Shown in pieces: positions 39,930 through 52,248 of a stretch of DNA of 64,000 nt. The notes under the pieces were generated by a model. It had not been told where the DNA came from, did no database searches, and saw nothing but the letters and a program-made list of their open reading frames with translations. Origin of the DNA: Leucoraja ocellata (taxonomy: Eukaryota); assembly GCA_036785375.1 (NCBI GenBank), contig JAWMAR010000070.1, positions 4,526,001 to 4,590,000 on the forward strand, written 5' to 3'. Each line of letters opens with the position of its first letter. The first letter of the stretch is position 1. The position numbers and the translations under genes were made by a program.

Positions 39930-40870
39930 CCCGAACATTTCCATGGTGGTAAGGAGAATAATTCATCTTTCGCCCCATCAGCCGTCGCACACAGTATATA
40001 ATCCTCCAACATTTTCGCCACTTCCATCGAAATCCCACAACTAGCCACATATTCCCATCTCCACCGCTTTCTCCTCTCCGAAGAGACCGTTCCCTCCGCA
40101 ACGCCCTGGTCAACTCGACTTTTCCCACCCAAACCCCCCCCCCCCCCCCCCCGTCCCCAGGTACCTACAACTGCAGCAGATGCAACACCTGGCCCTATAC
40201 CTCCTCTGTTCACTCCGACTAATGACTCTAACAGTCTTTTCGGGTGAAGCAGAGGTTCACTTGAATCTTCTCTAAACTCTTCTACTATATCCGCTGTTCC
40301 AGGTGTGAACAAGATGGGAGACCAAGCGCAGACTCGGCGATCGTTTCGCTGAACAACTGTGATCAGTCTGCCTCGGCCTACGCTAATTCCCGTTTGCTAA
40401 ACACTAACTCCCCCTCCCATTCCCAAACTTACCTTTCTGTCCTGGACCTCCTCCACTGTCAGAGTGAGGCCAAACGCAAATTGGAGGAACAGCGCCTCAT
40501 ATTTCGCTTGGGCAGCTTACAACCCAGCGGTTTAAATATTGACTTCTCAAACTTCAAATAACCGTTGTTGTACCCCTGTCTCAATCCCGCCCTAGTTCTC
40601 CATTTAGATTCACTGTCCTCTTCATTATATTTTACTGATTGTATGCCTCGTTGTCACCTTCCCCTCGTCTGACAATGATCCATTCTGCATTTTCGTTTAA
40701 CATTGTCAACTTTTAGCACTTGTTTTCCATCCTTACTCTTCCATTACTCTTCTGTCACCCTGGACTTGACTCTCAGGCTGAAGAAGGGTCTCGACCCGAT
40801 TCTTCACCCATTCTTTCTCTCGAGAGATGCTGCGTGCTCCGCTATGATACTCCAGCCTAGTGTGTCTAGC
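39930..40870 (+). mobile_element. Degenerate Penelope-like 3' remnant (GIY-YIG region plus terminal repeat), copied at about 53540-54470, 57430-58230 and 61340-62130
   Basis: Homologous to 26231-27100 (SFQVRQRFTC.., KLEEQRLIFRLGSLQP). Confidence 0.85.
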
Positions 40871-41210
40871 TTAAAGGGATCGTTATTAGTTTTCGCCTTT
40901 AAATTCCAAGGCATTGAATAGGGATTTTGGTACGCTGCTCTTAATCAGTAACAACATTCAGAACATAATTTGAGATAATATGCTTCAGACGTGCAGATGT
41001 TGAGTCAACATATTGGGAATTGTGTTCAGCTTTAGTCCCTCAGCTCCAAGAAAAGTGCCGTTGAGGTGGACAGCGTGCAGAAAGGTTTTAGGACGACGCT
41101 GCCTGGACAGGATGGGATTGACGCAGGGAGCGATTGGACAAACTCAGACTTCATTCCTTGGTGTGGAAATGATTGAGCGAGGAACTTATAGAAATGTATC
41201 AATCACGAGA

Positions 41211-41749
41211 ACCATATAACATATAACCATATAACCATATAACAATTACAGCACGGAAACAGGCCATCTCGGCCCTACAAGTCCATGCCGAACAAATTTT
41301 TTCCCCTTAGTCCCACCTGCCTGCACTCGTACCATAACCCTCCATTCCCTTCTCATCCATATGCCTATCCAATTTATTTTTAAATGATACCAATGAACCT
41401 GCCTCCACCACTTCCACTGGGAGCTCATTCCACACCGCCACCACTCTCTGCGTAAAGAAGTTCCCCCTCATATTACCCCTAAACGTCCGTCCCTTAATTC
41501 TGAAGTCATGTCCTCTTGTTTGAATCTTCCCTATTCTCAAAGGGAAAAGCTTGTACACATCAACTCTATCTATCCCTCTCATCATTTTAAAGACCTCTAT
41601 CAGCTCCCCCCTTAACCTTCTGCGCTCCAGAGAATAAAGACCTAACTTATTCAACCTATCTCTGTAACTTAGTTGTTGAAACCCAGGCAACATTCTAGTA
41701 AATCTCCTCTGTACTCTCTCTATTTTGTTGACATCCTTCCGATAATTGG
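41211..41749 (-). mobile_element. CR1-clade LINE 3' fragment with (ATATAACC)n tail
   Basis: KIERVQRRFTRMLPG..GLYSLERRRLRGELIEVFK..FFTQRVVAVWNELP; empty site present in the three gene D copies. Confidence 0.92.
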
Positions 41750-42352
41750 GAAGCATGTTCATTTTCCCACGATGTGTGGGATGAGAAAGTGGAGAGCAGA
41801 GGTAATGGGAACTACTTAAAGAGGGGGAATAGTAAGGTGTCACTTACTGTAATGGCATGTTTCGTACAGATGAGTGGCCGAAGCTGAAACAATTCGCCCA
41901 AGTTCGACCTCAACAACATATGTACAACTGAAACATAACATCCCAACTTCTGTTCTGAGGGACAACATTGTCCACGCATTGGGTTATATTTATATGGAAC
42001 CTGCTGCCAGAGGAAGTTGTTGAGGCAGTTAGAATAATAGCATTTAAAATACATTTTGGACAGTTGCGTAGATTGGGATCATTGCGAGTGATAAGGGAGA
42101 AACGTGGACATATAGCTATGGCCTAGAAAGACATGTTGGTCGGCATGAATGAGCTGTTGTGATGGGCATCTTTCGATTCTCTATAACTCTAACCTTCTTC
42201 AGTTTCTGTGCTTCGCACACTCACAGAGATGTAGATGAGCCGGTGAGATATCAACCGGACGGTTCAGGCTGAGATAAAGGGTTGCCGAGATTCAGCATAC
42301 AGCATATTTAATTGTTCATACAGGTGAGTGAATGTTTGCTCCATTCCCACAG

Positions 42353-42672
42353 AACCGTTGTCTGCTCCTGTGCTCAGATATCTGTCACCAGCAAATGCCT
42401 CACGTCTCGGAGGCTCAGTGTCAGTGTCGTGTGAGTCTGTCCGTGGATCCCTTCCCATCAATTACGCATGGTGTGAGAGGAACGAGGATGGGTGTTCAAC
42501 GATCTTGTCTGGCAATCAACTGGATCTGAGTGTGAAATCCTCGGAGGTCGAGACCGTCAATATTACTGCACAGCCTCAAATAATCGTGGGACAACATATA
42601 GTGCAAGTCTCAAGGTGAAAGTCTTCAAAGGAGCAGGAACGTGCAGTTATGTGACAGAAATGAACAATACAG
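42353..42672 (+). pseudogene. Gene C internal C2 exon with 1-nt deletion
   Basis: CTGAG-TGTGAA versus CTGAGTTGTGAA in gene D (near 42530); 320 nt. Confidence 0.9.
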
Positions 42673-43784
42673 GTGAGTGTTATTTTCCCGTGGGAATATT
42701 GTTTCATAATTCCTCTGGTGTTCTTGTAGCTGCTGCTTTTCACCTTGTGGTGATGGTCGTGGGTTTCTAGGTATTTACATGCGGCATCATTGCAGCCACC
42801 GTGAGCTCATGGTGTAAAATGTGGGAGTTTGTTTGGGGGACTGGCAAATAATTGCCTGTTGCTTTCACCTGGGAGGTGTTGAGCTTCAAAAGGAGATAGA
42901 GACCGGCACTTATCACAACGGGTTGAGAACATTCCATCAAATGTCTGCCTTCTGCCTTAAAATGGTTTTCTGGCTGCCGTTAAAGATCTCACAGTCACTT
43001 TGAGACAGAGAAAGCACCAAATGCATTCTTTTTGGATCCATCATCATTTAAAACCAAGGATGAAGAATTTCATCATCATGATCATGATTTTAACTCTGTT
43101 AATTTGTGAGAGTCACTGGAATTCCAGTAATCTCACAAAATTTAGTTGTATTCTACTTGGCCGTCACTCCATCAGGTATAACCCTTACATTTGTCAAAGA
43201 GAATTTTGGAATGAAAATCCCGGTAGGTGTGGAGACGCTCACAGCCCAGAAGAGAGTGTGAATGGTTTACATCAGCGAGACCAAGTGCAGCCAAGGCCAG
43301 TGCATCTTAAACTATTTCAGTGTCATTCACTCATGAGTCTTTATCACAAAATTTCATCAGTTTGAGAAGCACTGGCCTAGGCCACAGTTTCGCTTGTGCT
43401 TGGTCTGTCTTGACCCAGAATCGCGCTTGATAGACACCCCATCCTCAACCTCCCCAGCTGATGTAGAGCAGCAGCAGTTTACACCATCTGCTCGATGCAC
43501 TGCAGCAACTCATCAATAATCCCTAGACAGCGCCTTCCAATTGAAACAGGCTCCGTGTTCAATGCATCATTCTTTACCATTCACACCCACATTGGCTGGG
43601 AAGCGCTTTGGAACGACCTGTACAGGTGGTGAGGGATATTGTACAGTATCTGTCTCTCATCGTAATCTAGGTGGAATTCAACACAGCTAAGAAAATGATT
43701 GGGCGGACTCCCTTGTATACTAGAATGTGTATGTTTGTGAAAGGCTAATTTTGCTCTTCAATTTATCAAAGATGTTTGCTTCAG

Positions 43785-44090
43785 TTTCAGGTGCACTGTG
43801 GGCTGAGAGCGAAGTAAGAGGGGTTGTGGGAAGAGGGATCACAATCGATTGTCACTATGCAGCAGTGTACCGCTCACACACAAAATACTGGTGCCGTGGG
43901 ACAAGTCGCCAGTGTACACATGTAGGTGAAACAAATGGGAAGAGCGGAAGAACGTCAATCACAGATAACCCGGCACGAGGAATATTTACTGTGACTGTGG
44001 AGGATCTTCACTCTGCTGATACAGGATGGTACAGTTGTGGAATTACTACTGGCGAACCAACATTTAAAGTATATCTCCAAGTATCTGAAG
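43785..44090 (+). CDS. Gene C V2 exon (intact)
   Basis: ITIDCHY..KYWC..QC..GWYSC; 306 nt, phase 1/1. Confidence 0.92.
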
Positions 44091-45049
44091 GTAGGTTTCT
44101 CAATGAGTGACTTTATGTCTCCACTTTGGCAACGCATAAAACATTTGTTAGGTGGGAATCTGGTGCACAGTTCTGGTCGCCGCTTTATAAAACAAAAGAT
44201 GTGGAAGGTTTGGAGAGGTTACAGAAAATGTCACCGGGATATTTAGTTGTAGTTTACAAATGCAACATGGAAACGGATCCTTCGGCCCACCGAGCCCACA
44301 CTGACTAGCGATCACACTAGTTCTATGTTATTCCACTTCCCCATTCGCTCCCTACACACAATTCTACAATACCGTCATTCACACACATCATTAGTTCAAC
44401 AGTATCACCATCAACAATTTTATACAAGGAAATTTAAACTTTGTTGAGAGTGTTACTGTTGCACTAATGAGGTGTTTGAATATTGGTATTGTAGAATTGT
44501 GGCAGAGTTTCAGATTACAAATACTGCAAATTCTGGAAATATTGAACAAATAGAGATGGTGCTGCTGTGTACTGGTCCAGTGGCTGACATGGTAGTTCTT
44601 TCAGAGGGGAGGATGGGGAGCCAACGAGATGTACAAATCTGGTAAATGGATTGTGAGGAGAAGGAACTTTCTGACAGGCAATTTGGCTGTCGCTTTGAAA
44701 TGTAGCATCTGAGTAGCTGACATTGTCCTCATCTGTACTGGAGTGTGTCCATGTTGATTCCCTTCAAAATTGCGCTCCAGCATACACAGTTTGATTTTAA
44801 TTAGACAAATGGGCAGCATCCTTGTTGTTTTCAATGCCTAACAGTGTTGCATAAACGATGCTCCCTTTTCCTGCTGGTAATTCCTGAAATGTATAAGAGA
44901 ATCCAAGATGTGTCTGATGATTTGTCTGATTTGTGTTCAGTTTTAGTTGGATAGGGTGCAGAATAGATTTACAAGGGTGTTGCGATGACTTGAGGGCCCG
45001 ACTTCGAGGGACGGGTTATAGACAATAGACAATAGACAATAGAAAATTG

Positions 45050-45468
45050 AGCAGACTAGGACATTATTTCGTGGAGTGCAGTAGGAAGAAGGATGATCTT
45101 ATGGCAGCTACAAAATCATGTGATGAATAGATCGAGTAAATGCACAGTCTTTTGCCCCGAGTAGGGGAATCGAGAACCAGAGGACATAGTTTTAAGATGA
45201 GGGGGGAATGATTTAACAAGAACCTGGGGAGTAACGTTTTTACACAATGGTTGGTAGGTATATGAAACGAACAGCCGACAGATGTAGTTATGGCAGGTAC
45301 TATCACAACATTTAAGAATAATTTGGACAGGTACATGAATAGTATAGGTTTAGGGGGTTAAGGGCCAAGCAAGGACAGGTGGAACTAGTGCAGATTGGGA
45401 GTGTTGGTCAGTGCGGGCAGGTTGGACTGAAAGGCCTGTTTCTACGCTGTATGACTCTATGACTCTAA
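45050..45468 (+). mobile_element. CR1-clade LINE 3' fragment, degenerate
   Basis: CR1 RT C-terminus, ends in (TATGACTC)n tail. Confidence 0.75.
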
Positions 45469-45591
45469 GTAGATGGTTGGGTCAGATTCCAACCAGGGAG
45501 CTCTGGCTAAGATACTGAGATGGTGGATATTGGCGAGTGTTTGATTTTATGATGTTCACTCAGTGTCTGACTGTTTGCTCCTTTCCCACAG

Positions 45592-45912
45592 AACCCGTGT
45601 CTGTTCCTGTGCTTGGATTTCTGTCACCAGCCAATGACTCCTGTCTCGGGGGCTCAGTGACAGTGTCCTGTGAGTCGGTCCGGGGATCGCTTCCCATTAG
45701 CTACATCTGGTATGAAAAGACCCCATCTGGGGATTCAAAGATTTCAGACAACAATGCCCTGGATCTACATTGTCAATCCTTCAAACACCAGCACCATCAA
45801 TATTTCTGCACAGCCTCAAATCAACATGGATCAAAATCCAGTGAAATGGTCAACGTGTCCATCTCCAGCAGTGACGTGCCCTGCAGTTTCCTAATAAAAA
45901 TCAACAGCACTG
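45592..45912 (+). CDS. Gene C membrane-proximal C2 exon (intact)
   Basis: EPVSVPVLGF..SCLGGSVTVSCES..QYFCTASN; 321 nt. Confidence 0.92.
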
Positions 45913-46388
45913 GTAAGTAGTGGAGGGGATGAGGAGAAGAAGGGGAAGTGGGGGCGGGGTGGTTCATAAAATCACGTGATAAAAGCAGTAATAGACCATT
46001 CAATCATGGCTGATGTATCTTCCCCTCTTCACCCCATTCTCCTGCCTTTTCCCCAAAGCCCCGACACCCTGAAATCCATGAACTTTATTTACTTAACTTG
46101 TCGAGATTAAAATGATGGAATTATGGCCCATTTGTCAATACTTGGTTGCTGGGCTCCAGAATTAGATTTCCCAGTGCTGGTGTAGGCCAGCTTCCCTGCT
46201 AGAACTTCCTCTTATGTTTACACAGCTATAAGCTAGGTATCTGGTGACATCAGTCCAAGCACTTTCACTTTCCGTCATCATCTCCACATGGCCACTCAAA
46301 TGTGGGACGGGATCAGTAAATCTGGCCACAATAAAATCCGAGACGACGGTATTAGATTTGGTCCACTGTGTGAATGTTGTGTATTCAG

Positions 46389-46458
46389 TACCATCGATAC
46401 TAATCCCATTTACCAGCACCTCGTCCATTGTGGCAATGCAGATACCTCCACCTTCTAG
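46389..46458 (+). CDS. Gene C candidate stalk exon (VPSILIPFTSTSSIVAMQIPPPS); ancestral start probably 46290
   Basis: Phase 1 to 2 fits the flanking exons; ends AG|GT like other stalks; 5' boundary uncertain. Confidence 0.45.
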
Positions 46459-47440
46459 GTTTAAAAATATTTATTGATTGCCTTGAAACATCCTGCTCCA
46501 AAAATTAACCATATGTTCTCCACTTTTACACATATGTGCCGTGCACAATTTATCAAAAAAGACCCCATCTATGCTGCTCAGAGTTTTGCACATCTGTAAT
46601 AGGTTTCCCCTTCCTCGCCTATCCTGCATGGACTTTTATAAAATCCCTATCTGGATTTTGAAGGTAGATAAAAATAAGAAGGAACTGCAGATGCTGGAAA
46701 ATTCGAAGGAAGCTAATCGACCATGTCTAAGGAAGGGTCTCGACCCGAAACGTCACCTATTGCTTCTCTTCATAGGTGCTGCCTCACCCGTTGAGTTTCT
46801 CCAGCATTTTTGTCCACCTTCGATTTTTCCAGCACCTCCAGTTCCTTTTTAAAGATATACTAATAGCTGGTGTTTTGATTGGGAATGCTTTAATGGGGGG
46901 GAAAGTTGTGCCTTCCTTTCACTGACATTAAATGTTGTGAGAGTATTGATCTGAATTCACAGAGGCACAGCCTGTAGAATCACAGCCTCACAACGCCACG
47001 ACCCTGGTTCATTAGGTGCTGTCTACGTGTGGTCTGCATGTTTTGCCTTAAAATTGTGGTAGTTTCATTTAAATGCTCCAATTTCCTCCCAGCTCCCTTC
47101 CACCATTAGCATTGATCCTTTTGTATTATTCCTGTCTATCCACATGGATTTTATTATGATCTTCCTTGCAGCTGCATATTCTTTCTTCCAGTGTATTACA
47201 CTGTTCTTTGTATCCTTCCACATCCCCAGTTTCCCTCTCCCGTGGCTCTTAGTCTGAAGAAGGTCTCGACCCAAAACATCACCCATTCCTTCTCTCCAGA
47301 GATGCTGCCTCTTCTGCTGTGTTTCTCCCGCATTTTATATCTATCTACTCTGTATTCACTGTATTCACTGCTCCTCATGATTTATTTCTCACTTCTCCGA
47401 ATCCATTTAACCGTGTAATCTCTCATTCCCAGTCTTGCAG

Positions 47441-47602
47441 CCATGCTCCAGCAATGACGTCAGTAATTGGTGATCGTGAGTTTTCCCCCTCATGCCCCCC
47501 CCCCCCCCCCTGTCCAACACCCGTTCTTTCTCCAACCTGATCTCCATTGACTCTGCTGCTTCGCCCCGCTCCACTTCACCAAGATGATGAAGCAAATAAC
47601 AG
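47441..47602 (+). CDS. Gene C mini-exons 47441-47475 (HAPAMTSVIGD) and 47584-47602 (DEANN)
   Basis: Phases 2 to 1 and 1 to 2; counterparts in the pseudogene at 19941-19963 and 20504-20522 (19 nt). Confidence 0.6.
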
Positions 47603-47670
47603 GTAAATGTTTCAAAGATAAACCGTCTCGTTTTCTCCCAGTGATTCTGTATCTCTTGCCCTTTGCCCAG

Positions 47671-47761
47671 TTACATCTCATGGAAAGTGGGGCGCTGGCT
47701 GTTCTTTCTCGTGCTTGTGATCTGGAGTATCTCAACCGCGGTGCTCACAAGAGGCTCTAGG
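47671..47761 (+). CDS. Gene C transmembrane exon with Arg (YISWKVGRWLFFLVLVIWSISTAVLTRGSR)
   Basis: 91 nt, gcccag| acceptor and G|GTAGGT donor; Arg near the N-terminal TM boundary as in ITAM-adaptor-coupled receptors. Confidence 0.85.
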
Positions 47762-48380
47762 GTAGGTTTCATTGTCATCATGTTCATTAAATATAGCAGC
47801 AGAATTAGGCCATTCAGCCCATCATATCTAATCCGCCCCAATCACTGCTAATCTATACCTTCCCTCTCGATCCCGTTCCTGTGGCTTCTCCCCATAGCCC
47901 TTGTCATCCTTATGTATCAAGAATATCAAAATATCCGCCTTAAAAATATCAATAGATTTGGATAGATACAAAAATGCTGGAGTAACTCAGCGGATCTGGC
48001 AGCATCTCCGGTGTGAAGTGATTTGGCCTCCACAGCCTCCTGTGGCAATAAAATCCATAGATTCACTACCCTCTGCCCTAAGCAATCCCTTCCCTTCGCC
48101 GAATGTTTCCAAACGGTTTCCATTAACGCTTTCAAATATCCTGTGAATTGATAGAAACAAAAACCGTACACGTTTTCGTACCCTGAAGTTAAACCAAATC
48201 TCTATGTAGATGATATCACGAGGTTTTGTCAGGTTGTACGTGTGCAGGGTGGATTTCTGTGCCCGGTGTGGATTCTTTGGAGTCCATCTTCCAGACATCA
48301 ATGTGTTGGGAGTGGTCGGGTCAAATAAAGCGTGGTTCCCACTGTCAGTCAGTCTGATGACCTCACATTGTCTTTTGCAG

Positions 48381-48428
48381 AGACGCGATGAGCTAGAACC
48401 TCGCCATTCGACCCACGAATTACAATGA
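48381..48428 (+). CDS. Gene C terminal exon (RRDELEPRHSTHELQ*), short tail without Tyr
   Basis: tcttttgcag| acceptor, phase 0; AATAAA at about 48568 and 48621. Confidence 0.65.
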   Translation, partial: RRDELEPRHSTHELQ

Positions 48429-48969
48429 AGACACCTAGCTTGCACCATCTTAATTTTTGTCACCTCTTACAAGGTTTCTTTCGTCAGCTTCGAACTATTG
48501 TTTTAACCTTTGCGTGGTTTCTGCTGTTCCTGTCTTATACTATATTAAACGCATACAGCTTGGTGGGAAATAAAACGTTTTTCACTGATTAATGAATAAT
48601 AATGCACCAGAATGCTTCTTAATAAATGGTTGTTGGCAAAAAATGGTTTGTCTAATTTGTTTTGTTTAGACCGCAACTTTAGTGATGAAGAACAGACTGC
48701 AATCTGACAGCTGGATAATCCTCCTGTTGCCAAACGTTAAAGGCGTTTCGGAAATATAATCAATTAATATTTCACACCATGCTATCCTATAAGGACAAAA
48801 TTATGCAACGAGTTTGTTCAGACGATAAGCCTTATTTGTCTCTCCACAGATGCTGACTGAGGTGCTAAGCACACCCATCATCTGCAAATTTTATTTCCGA
48901 TGTGCAACTAATGTTCAGAGAGGAAGGTAACTGATGATGCTGGTTTAAACTGAAGATGGACATAAATTA

Positions 48970-49620
48970 GCATAGAAACATAAAAACGTAGAAAATGGGT
49001 GCAGGAGGATGCCATTCAGCCCTTCGAGCCAGCACCACCATTCATTGTGATCATGGCGGATCGTCCCCTATCACTAACCCGCGCCTGCCTTCTCCCCATA
49101 TCCATTGACTCCACCAGCCCCTAGAGCTCTATCTAAATCTCTCTTAAATCCATCAACTGACATGGCCTCCACTGCCCTCTGTGGCAGGGAATTTCACACA
49201 TTCACAACTCTCTGGGTGAAAACGTTTTTTTCTGAACTCAGTCTTAAATTACCTCCCCTTTATTCTACGACTGTTGCCCCTGGTTCTGGACTCGCCCAAC
49301 ATTGGGAATATTTTTCATGCATCTAGCTTGTCCAGTCCTTTTATATTTTTATATGTTTCTATAAGATATCCCCTCATCCTTCTAAACTCCAGTGAATACA
49401 AGCCTAGTCTACTCAATCTTTCCTCATATGACAGTCCCGCCATCCCAGGTATCAATCTCCCGAATCCACGCTGCACTGCTTCAATCACAAGGATGTCCTT
49501 CCTCAAATTAGGAGACCAAAAATGTACACAATACTCCAGATGTGGTCTCACCGGAGCCCTATACAACTGCAAAAGAACCTCTTTACTCCTATACTGAAAT
49601 CGTCTTGTTATGAAAACCAA
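48970..49620 (-). mobile_element. CR1-clade LINE 3' fragment
   Basis: EVLLQLYRAPVRPHLEYCVHFWSP..GLYSLEFRRMRG; CATAGAAA tail. Confidence 0.9.
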
Positions 49621-49909
49621 ATTGCTAGGGTAACACAGCGTGACAGGCGTCACCTGTGGATAGATCAGGTAGATTTAGGCAGGTTGAGCGGCAGTGTTCA
49701 GCGAAACGATCGCAGAGCCTGCGCTTGTTCTCGCTTCTCGGTGACCTACCTGACACCTCGGTCGCTAAATACTTTAACTCCCCCTCCCATTCCCACACTG
49801 ACATTTCTGTCCTGGCCATCCTCCATTGTCAGATTGAGTCCGAGAGCAAATTGGAGGAAGAGCACCTCATATTTCGCTTGGGCAGCAGTATGAACATTGA
49901 CTTCACTAG

Positions 49910-50802
49910 TTGTTTTTGGAGCCAAAGAGGAACGATTGCAACTCAATGCTCAACTTCAATCGGCAATGTTAAAAACCACGGACAAAGTCAGAATTCGTGA
50001 TGTAATCGTGGACTCAGACCTTAATTTCAACAGCCACTTTAGGACAATTACTATGTCAGACTACTATCACCTTAAGAATATATCAAGGTTTAAGGACTTA
50101 TGTTTCAGCAGGATTTGGAAAAACTTGTCCATGCATTTATCTTCAGTAGACTTGACTACTGTAATACTATCCTCACAAGTCTCACTAAAAAATCGATTAG
50201 ACATCTGCAGTTGATTCAGAACGCTGCTGCTCTCTAAGACCAAGAAAGTAGATCTCAACACTCCAATTTTGAGCTCTTTATACCGGCTTCCATTCAGTCA
50301 ATGAATTGTTTTCAAAATATTACTGTTGGTTTATAAAACACTGAATGGTCTAGGGCCAAAATACATTTCTGATCTTCTGCTACATTATGAACCATCCAGA
50401 CCTCTGAGGCCGTCTGGGACAGGTCTGCTCTCTGTCCCCAGAGTTAAACATGGAGAAGCAGCGTTTAGTTTTTATGCACAATGTTTATGTAACAAACTTC
50501 CTGAAAAATGCAGTTCCGCTCCAACTCTCAGCCTTTTAAATCGGGCATGAAGACTTTGCTATTTGACGTTGCTTATAATTATTTTTAATTCTAGTTAAAT
50601 TAAATAATTATTAACTTAAACACTGCACTGCAATTTTTATTCTTGTATTTTATGCCATTCTATTTTAGCTTGTTTTTATTTTCTATGCTCTTTAATTACA
50701 TTTTAATTGCTTCAGATTACTTTTTAATGCTTTGTGTAATGCACTTTGAAGTGTCTTGTTGCTGAAATGTGCTATATGAATAAACATGCTTGCATGCTTG
50801 CT
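49910..50802 (+). mobile_element. L2-clade LINE 3' portion, degenerate, teleost-like
   Basis: DSDLNFNSH..YYHLKNISR..EKLVHAFIFSRLDYCN..LQLIQNAAA..VYKTLNGLGPKYISDLLLHYEPSRPLR..HGEAAFSFYA; AATAAA plus TGCTTGC tail. Confidence 0.85.
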
Positions 50803-52248
50803 AGGGTAGTGTTAATGTGCGGCGATCGCAGGTCAGTGTAGACTCGATGGGCTGAAGGGCCTGATTCCGCGCTGTATCTCTACACTAAACTAAACTAAAC
50901 TAAACTAGTGGAAAGTCTATTCTTGTGCAGAACAAAATGGTTAAGTTGCAGCTTGCAAAGGGCGGGGTGTGAAACTGCAAATACATTGTGTTGCTTTCCT
51001 CAGTCTGACTTGTGACTGTAACCCCGCCCATGAAGGAACTGTGGAGGATGTTGTTTGGAAATAAGAAATGGTGACCTGCAAAAATGAAGTAACCGCCATA
51101 AAGTTAGGAAAGATTCAAGGATTGCTTTGGGTAAAATGTCCCACTGACAAAGATAAATATTATCTTCTATCAGCCAATAGAATGCACGTGAACATAACTC
51201 TGATAATTTATTAGCTCTGCGTTGCAAAGAAGACAAGTTAACAATTCTATTCACCTTGTATATTCTACCTTGCTTTAACTTCACTAAGTGTATCACTTTG
51301 CCCTTGTTTGAGTTACATTACACATGTCAGTTACATTCCACATCCCGCTTTCCCAGCTGATCTCCATCCTGTGATAATTCTAGACAAAATTCTTCACAGT
51401 CCACTACACCATTAATTGTCATTTACAAAACATGAATATCATGACAATAGTGTTTCAAAGTTGGAATTAAATAGTTGATGTAGAGAGAAGAGGATCAAAC
51501 TCCAATTAACCTCAGCTGATTTCGGGTCAAAAGCCCCTACTTCCTAACGCCAGCTTCCTGTTTTGCCTCTTGTCACCGGCAATATGCCAAAACAAAAGTT
51601 CCAATGATTACATTTTTGATCTGCCGATCCACTTACAAAATCATCAAGAGGGAACGATCCGGAAGTGTACACATCTTAGAAGTATCTACTCTTCTAAATG
51701 TCGTATTTTAACCAACGTATCATTGTTTACATGAAGGGTCCCGACCCGAAACGTCACCTATCAATTTTCTCCAGGGGTACTGCCTGGCCCGCAGAGTTCC
51801 TCCTATCACTATTCAGCGTTCACAGACTCTGAGTACAGAGATAACCGCCGCTCCATCCTTATGGATACGTCACACTTGACGAAGTGGCTGAAGCAGCTGC
51901 AATACCAACGTGTAACGGGCACTTGGACAGGTCCATGGATAGGGAAGGTTTGGGGAGATATGGATCAAATTTGACCAACTTTGATGAGCATATTGGTTTA
52001 ACGCGTTGGGGAGAAGGGCCTGCTTCCCGCTGTATGACTCTGTGATCATCTGACCCAACCATTTGCTAAATATAACCCTGAGCCTTTCACACTGTAACGT
52101 GTCGAGCTGCTACTGGCTCGCTGTGGTTCTCGATCTGACTTCCTGTTCCCTTCTTCCTCATTGCTATTTGAGAGATGCGGATGTATCTGCGAGCTCAGAG
52201 CTGAGCGACAGACAGACAAGTGCTGGCCTTGTCACTGTGGATAAAACA

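Larger units (their letters stand above)
35785..44400 (+). repeat. Segmental duplication: gene C 5' region, paralogous to 50803-57250 (gene D)
   Basis: Colinear, visibly near-identical promoter, leader, V1, intron, C2 and V2 sequence, differing by TE indels. Confidence 0.9.
38127..48428 (+). pseudogene. Gene C: activating-type MDIR (L-V1-C2-V2-C2-stalk-mini-mini-TM-cyt), first V and first C2 frameshifted; may be functional if both are skipped
   Basis: Leader 38127-38163; V1 39187-39506 (320 nt); C2a 42353-42672 (320 nt); V2 43785-44090; C2b 45592-45912; stalk ending 46458; 47441-47475; 47584-47602; TM 47671-47761; last exon 48381-48428. Confidence 0.75.
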
